The position numbers were made by a program, and so were the translations under genes. Source: Isoptericola halotolerans (GTDB taxonomy: Bacteria > Actinomycetota > Actinomycetes > Actinomycetales > Cellulomonadaceae). Taken from it: a DNA stretch of 64,000 nucleotides. Positions 50,979-59,630 of the stretch are shown piece after piece. The stretch covers positions 1 to 64,000 of the forward strand of contig NZ_JABEZU010000002.1 of assembly GCF_013149785.1 (NCBI RefSeq), in the 5' to 3' direction. Each line of letters begins with the position of its first letter. Within the stretch, counting starts at the first letter, position 1. The notes below the pieces were generated by a model. The model was not told the DNA's origin. It saw only the letters and a list, made by a program, of their open reading frames with translations, and searched no databases.

Positions 50979-51947
50979 GTGCCCCAGGGAACCGTCCGAT
51001 GGTTCGACACCGACCGAGGGTTCGGTTTCATCGATCTCGGCAACGAGGCCGAGGACCTGTTCGTGCATGCGTCCGAGATCGTCGGCGACGACGGGCCGAA
51101 GGTGCTCCGCGAGGGGCAGGCCGTCGAGTTCGAGGTGGGCGAGGGTGATCGTGGTCCGCAGGCGCGCCGCGTCCGTGTCACGGGCGACCGGGCCGCCGAC
51201 GCCGCCGCGGGCGTGCTCGGGACCGTCTCCTGGTACGAGCCGGCCAAGGGGTACGGCTTCGTCACGCCCGACGACGGTCGCGGCGAGATCTTCGTGCACA
51301 GCTCCGCCATCGTCGGGGGCGGGGTGATCATCGAGGGGCAGCGGGTGGCGTTCCTCGTCGTCGACGGCGAGAAGGGCCCGCAGGCGGACCACCTGCTGCC
51401 GCTCGCGGCGCAAGCGGCCCGGGGTGCCGTGCCCTCGGATGGTGCCGACGGCACCGTGACCTGGTACGACGAGGTCAAGGGCTTCGGCTTCATCGCTCCC
51501 GAGGCGGGTGGCGGCGACATCTTCGTCCACGTCAAGGCACTGAGCGGCGGACTGACCGAGCTCGCCGAGGGTGCCCGCGTGACGTACGACGTCGTCGAGG
51601 GCGACAAGGGGCCGAACGCCCGCAACGTGCGGCTCGTGCGCGGCTCCGGTGCCCGCGGTGGCACTGACCGCGGCGCGGGCCGAGGTGCTGACCGCGGCAC
51701 GGACAGGGGCCGGTCGGGCCGTCCCGCGGCCTCCGGCCGCCCGGTGCGTGGCGGCGAGGGCACCATCGCGCGTTACGACGCGGACCGCGGGTTCGGCTTC
51801 ATCAGCCCGGACGCCGGGGGCGAGGACCTGTTCGTGCACGTGTCGGTCGTGAAGGGCTCCGAGGTCCTGGAGGAGGGCGACCGGGTCCGCTACAAGGTGC
51901 GTCAGAGCGACCGGGGGCCGCAGGCCGACGGCGTCGAGCTGCTCTGA
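50979..51947 (+). CDS. Protein with four tandem cold-shock domains
   Basis: GTG with AAGGAG RBS; four RNP1 (RGFGFI/KGYGFV/KGFGFI/RGFGFI) and four RNP2 (LFVH/IFVH) motifs. Confidence 0.95.
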   Translation: MPQGTVRWFDTDRGFGFIDLGNEAEDLFVHASEIVGDDGPKVLREGQAVEFEVGEGDRGPQARRVRVTGDRAADAAAGVLGTVSWYEPAKGYGFVTPDDGRGEIFVHSSAIVGGGVIIEGQRVAFLVVDGEKGPQADHLLPLAAQAARGAVPSDGADGTVTWYDEVKGFGFIAPEAGGGDIFVHVKALSGGLTELAEGARVTYDVVEGDKGPNARNVRLVRGSGARGGTDRGAGRGADRGTDRGRSGRPAASGRPVRGGEGTIARYDADRGFGFISPDAGGEDLFVHVSVVKGSEVLEEGDRVRYKVRQSDRGPQADGVELL

Positions 51948-51969
51948 GCCGGTCGGCCCGCCACGGCGG

Positions 51970-53706
51970 TCAGCCGCCGTCCGGGCCCTCCAGCTCGGGA
52001 GCCTCGAAGTCAGGGACATCGGGCATCTCGATGTCCGGGATGTCCAGGTCGAGGGTGGGGACGTCGAACGTCGGGATGTCGACGGGTTCGCGATCCTCCC
52101 ACTGCTCCGTCCGCTCCCGGTTCTCCCGCAGGACGCAGGAGATCCGGGTGTAGCGCGAGCCTGCGCACGAGGTCGACCCACCGGACCCCGGTGTCGCGAC
52201 GTATCTCCCGTCGGCGTCGTGCTCGTTCGGCAGGACGGGAACGTGCACGACGGCGAGCAGGCCGACGGCGCCGAGGGCCGCGGTCGTCAGGGTAAGGGAC
52301 ACGAGACCGACCGTGCCGCGGCCGCGACGTCCGGCCCCCTCGGTGGCGGCAGGCTCGGCGCCCTCCCCTCGCAGGGCGGCGTCGAGCCCGCGGAGCTGCC
52401 AGAGGCACAGCAGGAGCGGGAGCACCCACACGACCCCGCCGAGAGCGGCGACGGGCAGCGCGTCCGGGCGGGCAGCGCCCGGCGCGGACGCCGCACCGAC
52501 GAGGGCGACGAGCACGACCAGCAGACACCGGGCGGCCGAGGCCTTCCCGTACCCGCCGCGCATCGCGGCGGCGCGCGCGAGCCCGACCTCCGACGCCCCG
52601 AGGTAGCCGGACTCCCGGCCGTGCCGCAGCATGGTGCGCCGCAGCATGACCGAGCCCGTCCCTGCCAGGAGCAGGGAGAGCGCGAGGAGGACGAGGAGCC
52701 ACCGGACGGCGACGGCATCGCGCACCACGAGAAGGGCGACCGGCGCGAGGACCGCGGCCGTCCACGCCACGACCAGCCCGACCGTGCCGAGTCGACCGGC
52801 CCAGGTGCCGTCGAGCAGGCTGCGGCGCACCAGCGCGCGGGGCACGTGCCGCAGCACCGACCAGGATCGCAGGGCGGAGACGACGAGCACCACGGCGAGG
52901 ACCGCGGCCCAGATCACGAAGAATCCGAGCATGCTGTTCCGCATGGTCCACGCCACCAGGAGCGCGGCGGCGGCCAGGACGGCGATCGCGGTGTCCATCG
53001 GCGCGAGCAGCCGTTGCCAGACGCGCAGGAACAGCACGTAGCCGGCCTCGGCGTGCTCGGGGTTCTGCGAGAGGACCCCGACGAGCGCCCGGGAGTGCTG
53101 CCCGTCGTCCGCCGCGAGCTGGGCGTCCGCGTAGAGCAGCCCTTCGTGCTCCGGGGAGGTCGCCAGGCCCTGCCGCACGAGCTCACGGGCGCGGTCGCGC
53201 TCCCCGAGCTTGGCGTGGATCGACGCCGCGCCCAGCAGGCGGCTCGGGTTCTCCGGCTCGAGCTCGAGCGCCCGGCCGATCCGGTCCATCGCCAGCGCGC
53301 GGTCCGCGCGCCGCACCCGACCGCTCGTCAGCACGTCGGCGTGCTGCACGAGGGTCGCGGCGTCGTCGGGCTGGAGCTCGACCGCGCGTTCGACGGCGGT
53401 GCGCGCCTCGGTCAGCCGACCGCGGTTCTGCAGGGCGACGGACAGCAGCACGTGCCCCTGCCCGTAGTCCGGGGCGCCCGCCACGACCTGCTCGAGGATG
53501 CGTTGCGCGTCCGCGGAGCGCTGCAGCCGCAGGTGCAGCCACCCCGACGTCAGGTGGAGGCGGAGGTCGTCCGGGTGCTCGGCCAGCGCGGCCTCGATCC
53601 CCTCGAGCGCCTGCTCCGGCCGGCCGGCGTCGACCAGCATCTCGGCGCGCGTGACGTGGCCGCCGACCGGGTCCTGCGCCGGGCGGGGCGTGGGACCGGT
53701 GCTCAC
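51970..53706 (-). CDS. TPR-repeat polytopic membrane protein
   Basis: N-terminal TPR-like repeats (ALAEHPDD, AVELQPDD, ALELEPEN), then about 7 TM helices; GTGA overlap with the ATPase. Confidence 0.8.
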   Translation of the reverse strand: MSTGPTPRPAQDPVGGHVTRAEMLVDAGRPEQALEGIEAALAEHPDDLRLHLTSGWLHLRLQRSADAQRILEQVVAGAPDYGQGHVLLSVALQNRGRLTEARTAVERAVELQPDDAATLVQHADVLTSGRVRRADRALAMDRIGRALELEPENPSRLLGAASIHAKLGERDRARELVRQGLATSPEHEGLLYADAQLAADDGQHSRALVGVLSQNPEHAEAGYVLFLRVWQRLLAPMDTAIAVLAAAALLVAWTMRNSMLGFFVIWAAVLAVVLVVSALRSWSVLRHVPRALVRRSLLDGTWAGRLGTVGLVVAWTAAVLAPVALLVVRDAVAVRWLLVLLALSLLLAGTGSVMLRRTMLRHGRESGYLGASEVGLARAAAMRGGYGKASAARCLLVVLVALVGAASAPGAARPDALPVAALGGVVWVLPLLLCLWQLRGLDAALRGEGAEPAATEGAGRRGRGTVGLVSLTLTTAALGAVGLLAVVHVPVLPNEHDADGRYVATPGSGGSTSCAGSRYTRISCVLRENRERTEQWEDREPVDIPTFDVPTLDLDIPDIEMPDVPDFEAPELEGPDGG

Positions 53707-55052
53707 AGCATCCGGCGCGACCGCAGGTAGGCCCCCAGCTCGTCGTAGCGCCCGTCGTTGTTGGCGAACGACACGACGTTGCGCGCGGAGTGGAGCCACG
53801 CCGTCGTCGACGGGCGCACCTCGGACAACGCGGCGCGCACGTCGTCCATGGTGATCGGGCGGACCTCGCCCGAGGCGATCGAGTCCATCATCGCCTTCTC
53901 GGCGGCCGACGCGCACAGGTGCTCCAGGTCGGCGCCGGAGAACCCGTCGGTCTGGTCCACGATCGACGACAGCGAGATGCCCGCGACGGGCCGCCCCTCG
54001 AGGTAGTGGCGCAGGATCGACTCGCGCGCCGGCGCGTCCGGCGGGAGCACCAGGACCATGCGGTCGAACCGGCCGGGGCGCAGCAGGGCGCTGTCGACGT
54101 CCCAGGGGTGGTTGGTCGCGCCGAGCACGAAGAGGCCGTCGTTGTCGGACCCCATGCCGTCCATCTCCTGCAGGAGCTGGTTGACGACCGTCCGCATGCC
54201 CGACGACCCCGTGTACTGGGTCCGCTTGCCCCCGATCGCGTCGACCTCGTCGAGGAAGAGGACCGCGGGCGCCAGCTGGCGGGCGCGCTGGAAGAGCTGG
54301 TGCAGGTTCTGCTCGCTCTCCCCGATGTACTTGTCGAGGATGTCCGCGAGCGTCACGGTGAGGAAGCGCGCGCCGAGCTCGCCGGCGACCGCGCGCGCCA
54401 TGAAGGTCTTGCCCGTCCCCGGCGGTCCGTACAGCAGGAGCCCGCCGCGCAGGGACTTGCCGAACGCCTTGGCGATCGCCTGGTTGCGCATCGGTTCGAG
54501 GAACGCCTCGCGGATGCGCTTCTTCACCGGTTCCAGGCCACCCACGTCGTCCAGCGTGATCGTCTCGTGGGAGACCTCGAGCAGGCCCTCGGCCGACGGC
54601 GTCTCGTCGTGGACGGGGACAGGGGACGGCTCGCCGGGTGGTCCCGCGGGGGCGTCCACGAAGGGCTGCGGGACGTCGACGCCCAGCTCCGCCTCCACGC
54701 GCTCCCAGTCGAAGCCGGGACCGTCCGACGACGTCGCGTCCTGGGTCCCGCTGTCCGGGGCGCCGCTCGGGCTGGCCTCCGCAGCGCTGTCCGGGGTGCC
54801 GTCCGGGGCGGCCTGAGGCACCGACGGCTGCGGGGCCGCCGGCCCTCGGGTCGTCAGCGCGGTCGCGGCCTCGGTGACGAGGGCCAGGGCGTCGCCCTGC
54901 GTCGGGTCGAGACGCAGGGCGGTGCTGGCGTGCTCGAGCGCCTCGGCGTGGCGCTCGTGCAAGAGCAGGAGGCGGGCGTACTGGACGCGCAGGGGCGCGT
55001 CGTCGGGGGCGGCCTGCACGGCGACCGCCATGTGCTCCAGGACGTTCGACAC
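53703..55052 (-). CDS. Classical-clade AAA ATPase with N-terminal TPR
   Basis: GTG with GAGGAG RBS; GPPGTGKT, pore loop KYIGESE, LFLDEVD, SRH ATNHPWDVDSALLRPGRFD. Confidence 0.93.
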   Translation of the reverse strand: MSNVLEHMAVAVQAAPDDAPLRVQYARLLLLHERHAEALEHASTALRLDPTQGDALALVTEAATALTTRGPAAPQPSVPQAAPDGTPDSAAEASPSGAPDSGTQDATSSDGPGFDWERVEAELGVDVPQPFVDAPAGPPGEPSPVPVHDETPSAEGLLEVSHETITLDDVGGLEPVKKRIREAFLEPMRNQAIAKAFGKSLRGGLLLYGPPGTGKTFMARAVAGELGARFLTVTLADILDKYIGESEQNLHQLFQRARQLAPAVLFLDEVDAIGGKRTQYTGSSGMRTVVNQLLQEMDGMGSDNDGLFVLGATNHPWDVDSALLRPGRFDRMVLVLPPDAPARESILRHYLEGRPVAGISLSSIVDQTDGFSGADLEHLCASAAEKAMMDSIASGEVRPITMDDVRAALSEVRPSTTAWLHSARNVVSFANNDGRYDELGAYLRSRRML

Positions 55053-55480
55053 AGAGGGGCTCCTCGACTGGCTGCGGGACACGGCGCACCGGACAGGTCT
55101 GGATGCTACAACCCGCGTGTTTCCGCGGGCCCGTTTGTAGGCTCTCGCGGAAACGGTCGGATCTGCGGAGCTGTGACCTGCGGGTTCGCATGAGCTTGTC
55201 ATGGTCGGATTCTCACTAAGGTGGCGGAATCCTCGGCCCAGCATTGCGACCCCCGAGCTCGCTGTCGGTGGTCCCGAGCAGCGCGCCGGCCCTCGAACCG
55301 GTTTTCGCCGGTCGCCAAGAGCATCACGAGCTCCAGAGCGTGCTCGCGGTCTGCCGGTGTCACTCAGCACCAAGGTGAGAAAGGGCATTTGCGCTGGAGT
55401 AGGGGCCAGCCAAGTCGACGAAGTTCGTCCATGCAGGCAACGTCGCCGTGGCGCATCCGCTCTATGCCAACCGCACGGTC

Positions 55481-56380
55481 CTACACCGGTGTCGGCCCCA
55501 ACTCCATCGGGGACCACTCGGCCTCTGGTTCGTCAGGAGCAGCCATCCCCGACAACAGGATGTCCATACACCGCCTCGTCTCGAGGAGGAACTGTTGGAG
55601 CAACGGCATGACGTCGTAGGTCGTGTCCCGATGGGTGAGTTGCACCTTCATGGCCGGACGCAGGATGAGCTGACCCGCCATACGGATCGACGCTCCGGTG
55701 TGAATCGTGCCCAGTACCACGCCGTCACCGAACTTCGCGTCGTCATTCATCTCCAAACGGGGGAACGCGAGGGTGCCCTCGTCTTCGTACTCGAATGACC
55801 CGCTGAGGTCGATGCCCTGCACGTCCGCCGAGACCATCAGGATGTCACGGTGCTTATCCTGGATGTCGAGGTCGTGGAGCATCGACAACACTGACACGCC
55901 ACCGGGCGGCATGAAGATGAACGGTTGCATGATCCGGAGCCGCTCTTGGAACTCCGGTGGAATCTCGCTCACCCAGTCGTGGAGTGCCTTCGTCCACTGC
56001 TTCTCTTCAGTGCAGATCGGGAAGCAGACCGATCGGGGCCGCGCGGGCTCGGCGTCCCTGAAATGGGCCATGCCCCAGGCCACGGCGTCGAATGCACTTC
56101 GAAGGTTGTGGAGGGCGTCTCCGAGGTCCAGCGACCAGTCGTGCTTCGGAACTCCCTTGGGCACACGGGCCACGAGGTCGATCGCGAGACGGTCCTCACG
56201 CAACACCGCGTCTATCGAGACCGGGGCGCTGGCGTCCCATTCTCCGAACTTGGCTTGAAGAAGGGCAACGTGTGAGTTCCCCCGGCTCCACTTCAGGTTG
56301 GGCCATGTCGGGAAGTTGACCCCACCGACGAGGAGCGTGGGCCGGGCGGAAGGGGTTTCGGCGTTGACATCCTCGGACAT
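55481..56380 (-). CDS. Hypothetical protein with GDxxHNLRSAxD and DKHR motifs (possibly HEPN-like)
   Basis: 299-aa ORF; LGDALHNLRSAFDAVAW, CFPI, LHDLDIQDKHR; function is inference only. Confidence 0.6.
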   Translation of the reverse strand: MSEDVNAETPSARPTLLVGGVNFPTWPNLKWSRGNSHVALLQAKFGEWDASAPVSIDAVLREDRLAIDLVARVPKGVPKHDWSLDLGDALHNLRSAFDAVAWGMAHFRDAEPARPRSVCFPICTEEKQWTKALHDWVSEIPPEFQERLRIMQPFIFMPPGGVSVLSMLHDLDIQDKHRDILMVSADVQGIDLSGSFEYEDEGTLAFPRLEMNDDAKFGDGVVLGTIHTGASIRMAGQLILRPAMKVQLTHRDTTYDVMPLLQQFLLETRRCMDILLSGMAAPDEPEAEWSPMELGPTPV

Positions 56381-56628
56381 AGGGCCAGCATGACAGCGGG
56401 CACCGACACGCTGCGGGAGACCACGAGACGAGAGGTGCTCTCACCAGCCTGACCGCCGGTTCCTCGTTGAAGGTGGAACGGGACGAGGGCGGCGGCGGTG
56501 ATCTCGGTGAGGCGGTAGGGGTCGAGGGTGACCATCTGCAGGACGGACCAGGTCCTCTCGAGCAGGGCGTTGTCGCGTTCGGCCACGGACTGCAGCAAGG
56601 ATCACTGTGGCCTAGGTTCCAGCAACCT

Positions 56629-56682
56629 GACTCCACGAAAGCCGGGGCAGACCACCGACTCCACAGAAGCCGGGGCGCAGCA
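56629..56682. mobile_element. Two tandem 26-bp IS3-family-like terminal repeats (remnant)
   Basis: Reverse complements TGGTCTGCCCCGGCTTTCGTGGAGTC and TGCTGCGCCCCGGCTTCTGTGGAGTC resemble IS6110-type ends (TGAACCGCCCCGG...GGAGAC). Confidence 0.6.
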
Positions 56683-56977
56683 GTGCGTGAACTCCGCGAA
56701 GGGACGGGCGTCGCGGTCCTGGCGAGGGGTCTCGAGATCGTGGGCCGATTCGCCGAGTCCTCGGTACTGCTCGACATGTACCTCGCCGTCGTGCCTGACG
56801 CTCCGGTGGTGACCCCCGACCGTGTTGGAGTCGACGCTGCTGCGGGCCGCGATCGGTGACGTTGAGGCTCGTCTTGCTGCCGTGCTGATGGCCGATCCGT
56901 GGGTCGATCGACTGGAGGCCTTCTGGCCGACCATCAGAGCCATGGCCCGTCCGCGGCGACGGGTCGCGACACGGTGA
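56683..56977 (+). pseudogene. Possible Nudix-like gene remnant, 5'-truncated and frameshifted
   Basis: VRELREGTGV (half Nudix box) begins right after the IS-like end; protein-like text continues in another frame (LESTLLRAAIGDVEARL...). Confidence 0.35.
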
Positions 56978-57046
56978 TGGAAGATCGTCACGACGGCGAG
57001 CGGTCGAGCGCCGCCCCTTGTGTCATGGTGTCCACGGAGGTGCGCA

Positions 57047-58081
57047 ATGACGACGGCGTGGGTAGTGCGTGAGGGCAAGTACGGCGAGCGAGAGGCGTGG
57101 TCGCTCGCCAACGGCCTCTCCGGCGGCGGCTGGCACGAGGTCCCCGACCTGACATCGTGCAAGACCCGAGCTGACGTGGGCGAGCAGGTTGCCGAGGCGT
57201 TCGGGGACGCAAAGCCGGGAACGGTCGCGAACTACACAGGCCAGCTCCACGCGCTACGACATCGCATCGCCACCGGGGACTTGATGGTGCTGCCGGCGAA
57301 AGACGGCACGATCGCTCTCGGATGGGTGACAAGCGGCTACGAGTACCTGGAGAACCAGGAGCTGGACCGCCGCCACGTCGTGCGTGTGGACTGGAAGGTC
57401 ACCGACCTGCCACGCAGCGCGGTCAAGCAGGACCTGCTGTACACCTTGGGCAGCGTGCTCACGGTGTTCGCGCCGTCGCGACACAATGCCGTGGCACGTC
57501 TCGAATCGCTCCTGGCGACCGGCACGGACCCAGGGCAGTTGACGACCGGAACTGGTGCCGCTGCGGCCTCCGCCCAGGCCGATGACTCGGTCGACGACCC
57601 GGAGACGCAGACCGACATTGTGCAGGTGGCCCGAGACCGCATCATGACGCGCATCTCCGAAGAGTTCGTCGGCGACGGTCTTGAGCAGCTCGTCCAGGCG
57701 ATCCTCGAAGCGGAGGGATTCACTTGCCGCAAATCCGCAATCGGCGCCGACCGAGGCATCGACATCATCGCGGGCCGCGGGGTGCTGGGGATGGAATCAC
57801 CCAAGATCGTGGTCCAGGTGAAGTCGGGCGGCCAGGTGTCCGACAACGTCGTGCGGGATCTGAGCGGCGTGGTGCACGAACAGGATGCCGATCATGGCCT
57901 CCTCGTTGCCTGGGGCGGGCTGACCAAACCTGCGCGTGACTCCGTCTACAAGCAGCAGTTCAGGATCCGAGCCTGGACGGCAGATGAGATCGTCGACGCC
58001 GCCATGCGTGTGTACGACCGCCTCCCGGACGACGTTCAATCGCGCCTGCCGCTTCAGCGTGTCTGGATGCTCGTCGAGTAG
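57047..58081 (+). CDS. Mrr-family (type IV-like) restriction endonuclease
   Basis: GGAGG RBS; N-terminal AWVVREG...GDLMVLP domain; C-terminal LEQLVQAIL..GF, ADRGIDIIA, VVQVKS, GLLVAWGG. Confidence 0.88.
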   Translation: MTTAWVVREGKYGEREAWSLANGLSGGGWHEVPDLTSCKTRADVGEQVAEAFGDAKPGTVANYTGQLHALRHRIATGDLMVLPAKDGTIALGWVTSGYEYLENQELDRRHVVRVDWKVTDLPRSAVKQDLLYTLGSVLTVFAPSRHNAVARLESLLATGTDPGQLTTGTGAAAASAQADDSVDDPETQTDIVQVARDRIMTRISEEFVGDGLEQLVQAILEAEGFTCRKSAIGADRGIDIIAGRGVLGMESPKIVVQVKSGGQVSDNVVRDLSGVVHEQDADHGLLVAWGGLTKPARDSVYKQQFRIRAWTADEIVDAAMRVYDRLPDDVQSRLPLQRVWMLVE

Positions 58082-58131
58082 AAACCGAGATGGGCTGGCC
58101 GCGCCCGCGGTCCTGTCGACACGTGATCAAG

Positions 58132-58593
58132 CTAGGTCGGATCCGATCCGTCGGGCGCTGAGAACGTGATGTCGCCGAGACGGAGGAGTCCGATGACCGG
58201 CACCTGCGCGCCTAGCCGCGCCCCAAGGCCAGAGACCGCTTCTCGCAGGTACGGAAAGACCGCCATGACTCCGATCTTGGACAGGAACTCGGGGACGACG
58301 TTGTCGGCGAGCTCCACCGTCTCGGGGGTCTCAAAGATCCCTCCGATGTCAGCGAAGTAGTCGACATTGGGTGCATGGAACCGCAGCGCGAACCGTGCTT
58401 CCAGGTGCTTGCCGTCGTACCTGGTTTGCGCCTGGAGTTCCTGCTCGGCGTCGTCCATCGTCTCGATCTGGTTCTGGACTCTCTTGGCCGAGAGCGCGTA
58501 GGTGACGATCTGGGTCAGGTCGGCTAGCTCGAGCAGTTCCCGGACATCCTCGATCCGCCGCAGGGCCGAGTCGGCCTCTGCCCGGGTACTCAC
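58132..58593 (-). CDS. SecB-like chaperone (TAC chaperone)
   Basis: 153 aa; beta-strand N-half then FLSKIGVMAVFPYLREAVSGLGARLG...P.IG, the SecB-like helix pattern; GTGA overlap with the antitoxin. Confidence 0.78.
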   Translation of the reverse strand: MSTRAEADSALRRIEDVRELLELADLTQIVTYALSAKRVQNQIETMDDAEQELQAQTRYDGKHLEARFALRFHAPNVDYFADIGGIFETPETVELADNVVPEFLSKIGVMAVFPYLREAVSGLGARLGAQVPVIGLLRLGDITFSAPDGSDPT

Positions 58594-59030
58594 GCGGCCC
58601 TCCCGTAGTGCTTGCGGAGCGCCCGGTACTCGACGTCGATCGGGACGGTGCCGGACGGGGCCGACTCCGAGATCCTTGAGTTCATTGGGACGTTGAATCG
58701 TGCCGTTGCCCCAGCCGTGCGCCACGCGTCCAGCGGATCCACTGCCTGCTCCGCCGGGAGGACCTCGTGGCGGACGTGAGCACCCACGGCAAGTGCGTAC
58801 CGGCGGATGGTCGACAGCTTGGGGTCGGTGTCGTGGTGCTCAAACTTTGCGATCGTGGGTTGCTTCACGCCAAGGATCTCCGCGAGCTCTCGCTGGGTGA
58901 GGCCACATGCCTTGCGAGCCTGGATCAGCTCGTAGAGCATCTCCTCGTCAGACTCGACTTGGGCGGCGGCGCGAGCGGCCAGCACCTCGAACTCGTGCGA
59001 CGTTGCAGGAGAGTAAGGGGGTGTGCTCAT
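58590..59030 (-). CDS. XRE-HTH antitoxin (HigA-like) with C-terminal extension (putative ChAD)
   Basis: LIQARKACGLTQRELAEILGVKQPTIAKFE...DPKLSTIRRYALAVG, then about 55 extra residues; alternative start 59063. Confidence 0.85.
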   Translation of the reverse strand: MSTPPYSPATSHEFEVLAARAAAQVESDEEMLYELIQARKACGLTQRELAEILGVKQPTIAKFEHHDTDPKLSTIRRYALAVGAHVRHEVLPAEQAVDPLDAWRTAGATARFNVPMNSRISESAPSGTVPIDVEYRALRKHYGRAA

Positions 59031-59043
59031 AGACCGCAGGCTA

Positions 59044-59562
59044 TCAGGATCCGGCGCAGTCATGGCAACCGGGGGTATGCCCCCACCGGTCCTTCACCCC
59101 GTCGACGAAACGCCTACCCGCCTCATCCATCTCGGCGTTCTGCAGATGCTCGATCTCGTCGGCATCGTTGCTCGAGGTGTCCTTCGCGTGGAACCGAAGA
59201 CCAACCAGGTCCGGGGCGTTGCCAGGTTCGGCATGGTAGAGGCGGAACTCGCCACGCTTGCCCCGTTTCCACTTGATCTCCCACAGGTCCGGGTTCCGTC
59301 GGACCGGCTCAAGCACATCTCCGTTGTCCAGTCCGAGCCGAAGCTTGCCAGCGGCGGCGCGCCGGACCTGCCCGAGGATCTCACCGTGTAGCGCTGCCCG
59401 GTCGATCATCGAGCCTTTGGTCTGTGACACGGCCTGCTCGATCTCCACACGGACCGACCGCGCCCGGCGACCGTCTACGAAGAAATGGAAGGCGCGTGGC
59501 GGGTCGCATGGACGGGTGCAGAGGGAATCTGCGGCGGTTCGACGGTCACGTTCCTTGCTCAC
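59044..59562 (-). CDS. RelE/HigB-like toxin (divergent)
   Basis: PDLWEIKW...EFRLYH...LVGLRFHAK...MDEAGRR pattern; toxin-first order upstream of the HTH gene; start chosen from a -10 box 7 nt upstream. Confidence 0.72.
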   Translation of the reverse strand: MSKERDRRTAADSLCTRPCDPPRAFHFFVDGRRARSVRVEIEQAVSQTKGSMIDRAALHGEILGQVRRAAAGKLRLGLDNGDVLEPVRRNPDLWEIKWKRGKRGEFRLYHAEPGNAPDLVGLRFHAKDTSSNDADEIEHLQNAEMDEAGRRFVDGVKDRWGHTPGCHDCAGS

Positions 59563-59630
59563 GCGGGCGAACGTACCTGACCGCACTGACACGAAGGGTC
59601 ACACTCGAGTCGCCGCGACCGCGGCGTGGA

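Noticed and set aside
51970..55191. 1073-aa ORF suggesting a giant fusion
   Set aside because: Upstream half is an off-frame reading of the AAA gene; real start is the GTGA-coupled GTG at 53706.
55201..55480. Short ORFs near the left end of the element
   Set aside because: No recognisable motifs or consistent coding pattern in any frame.
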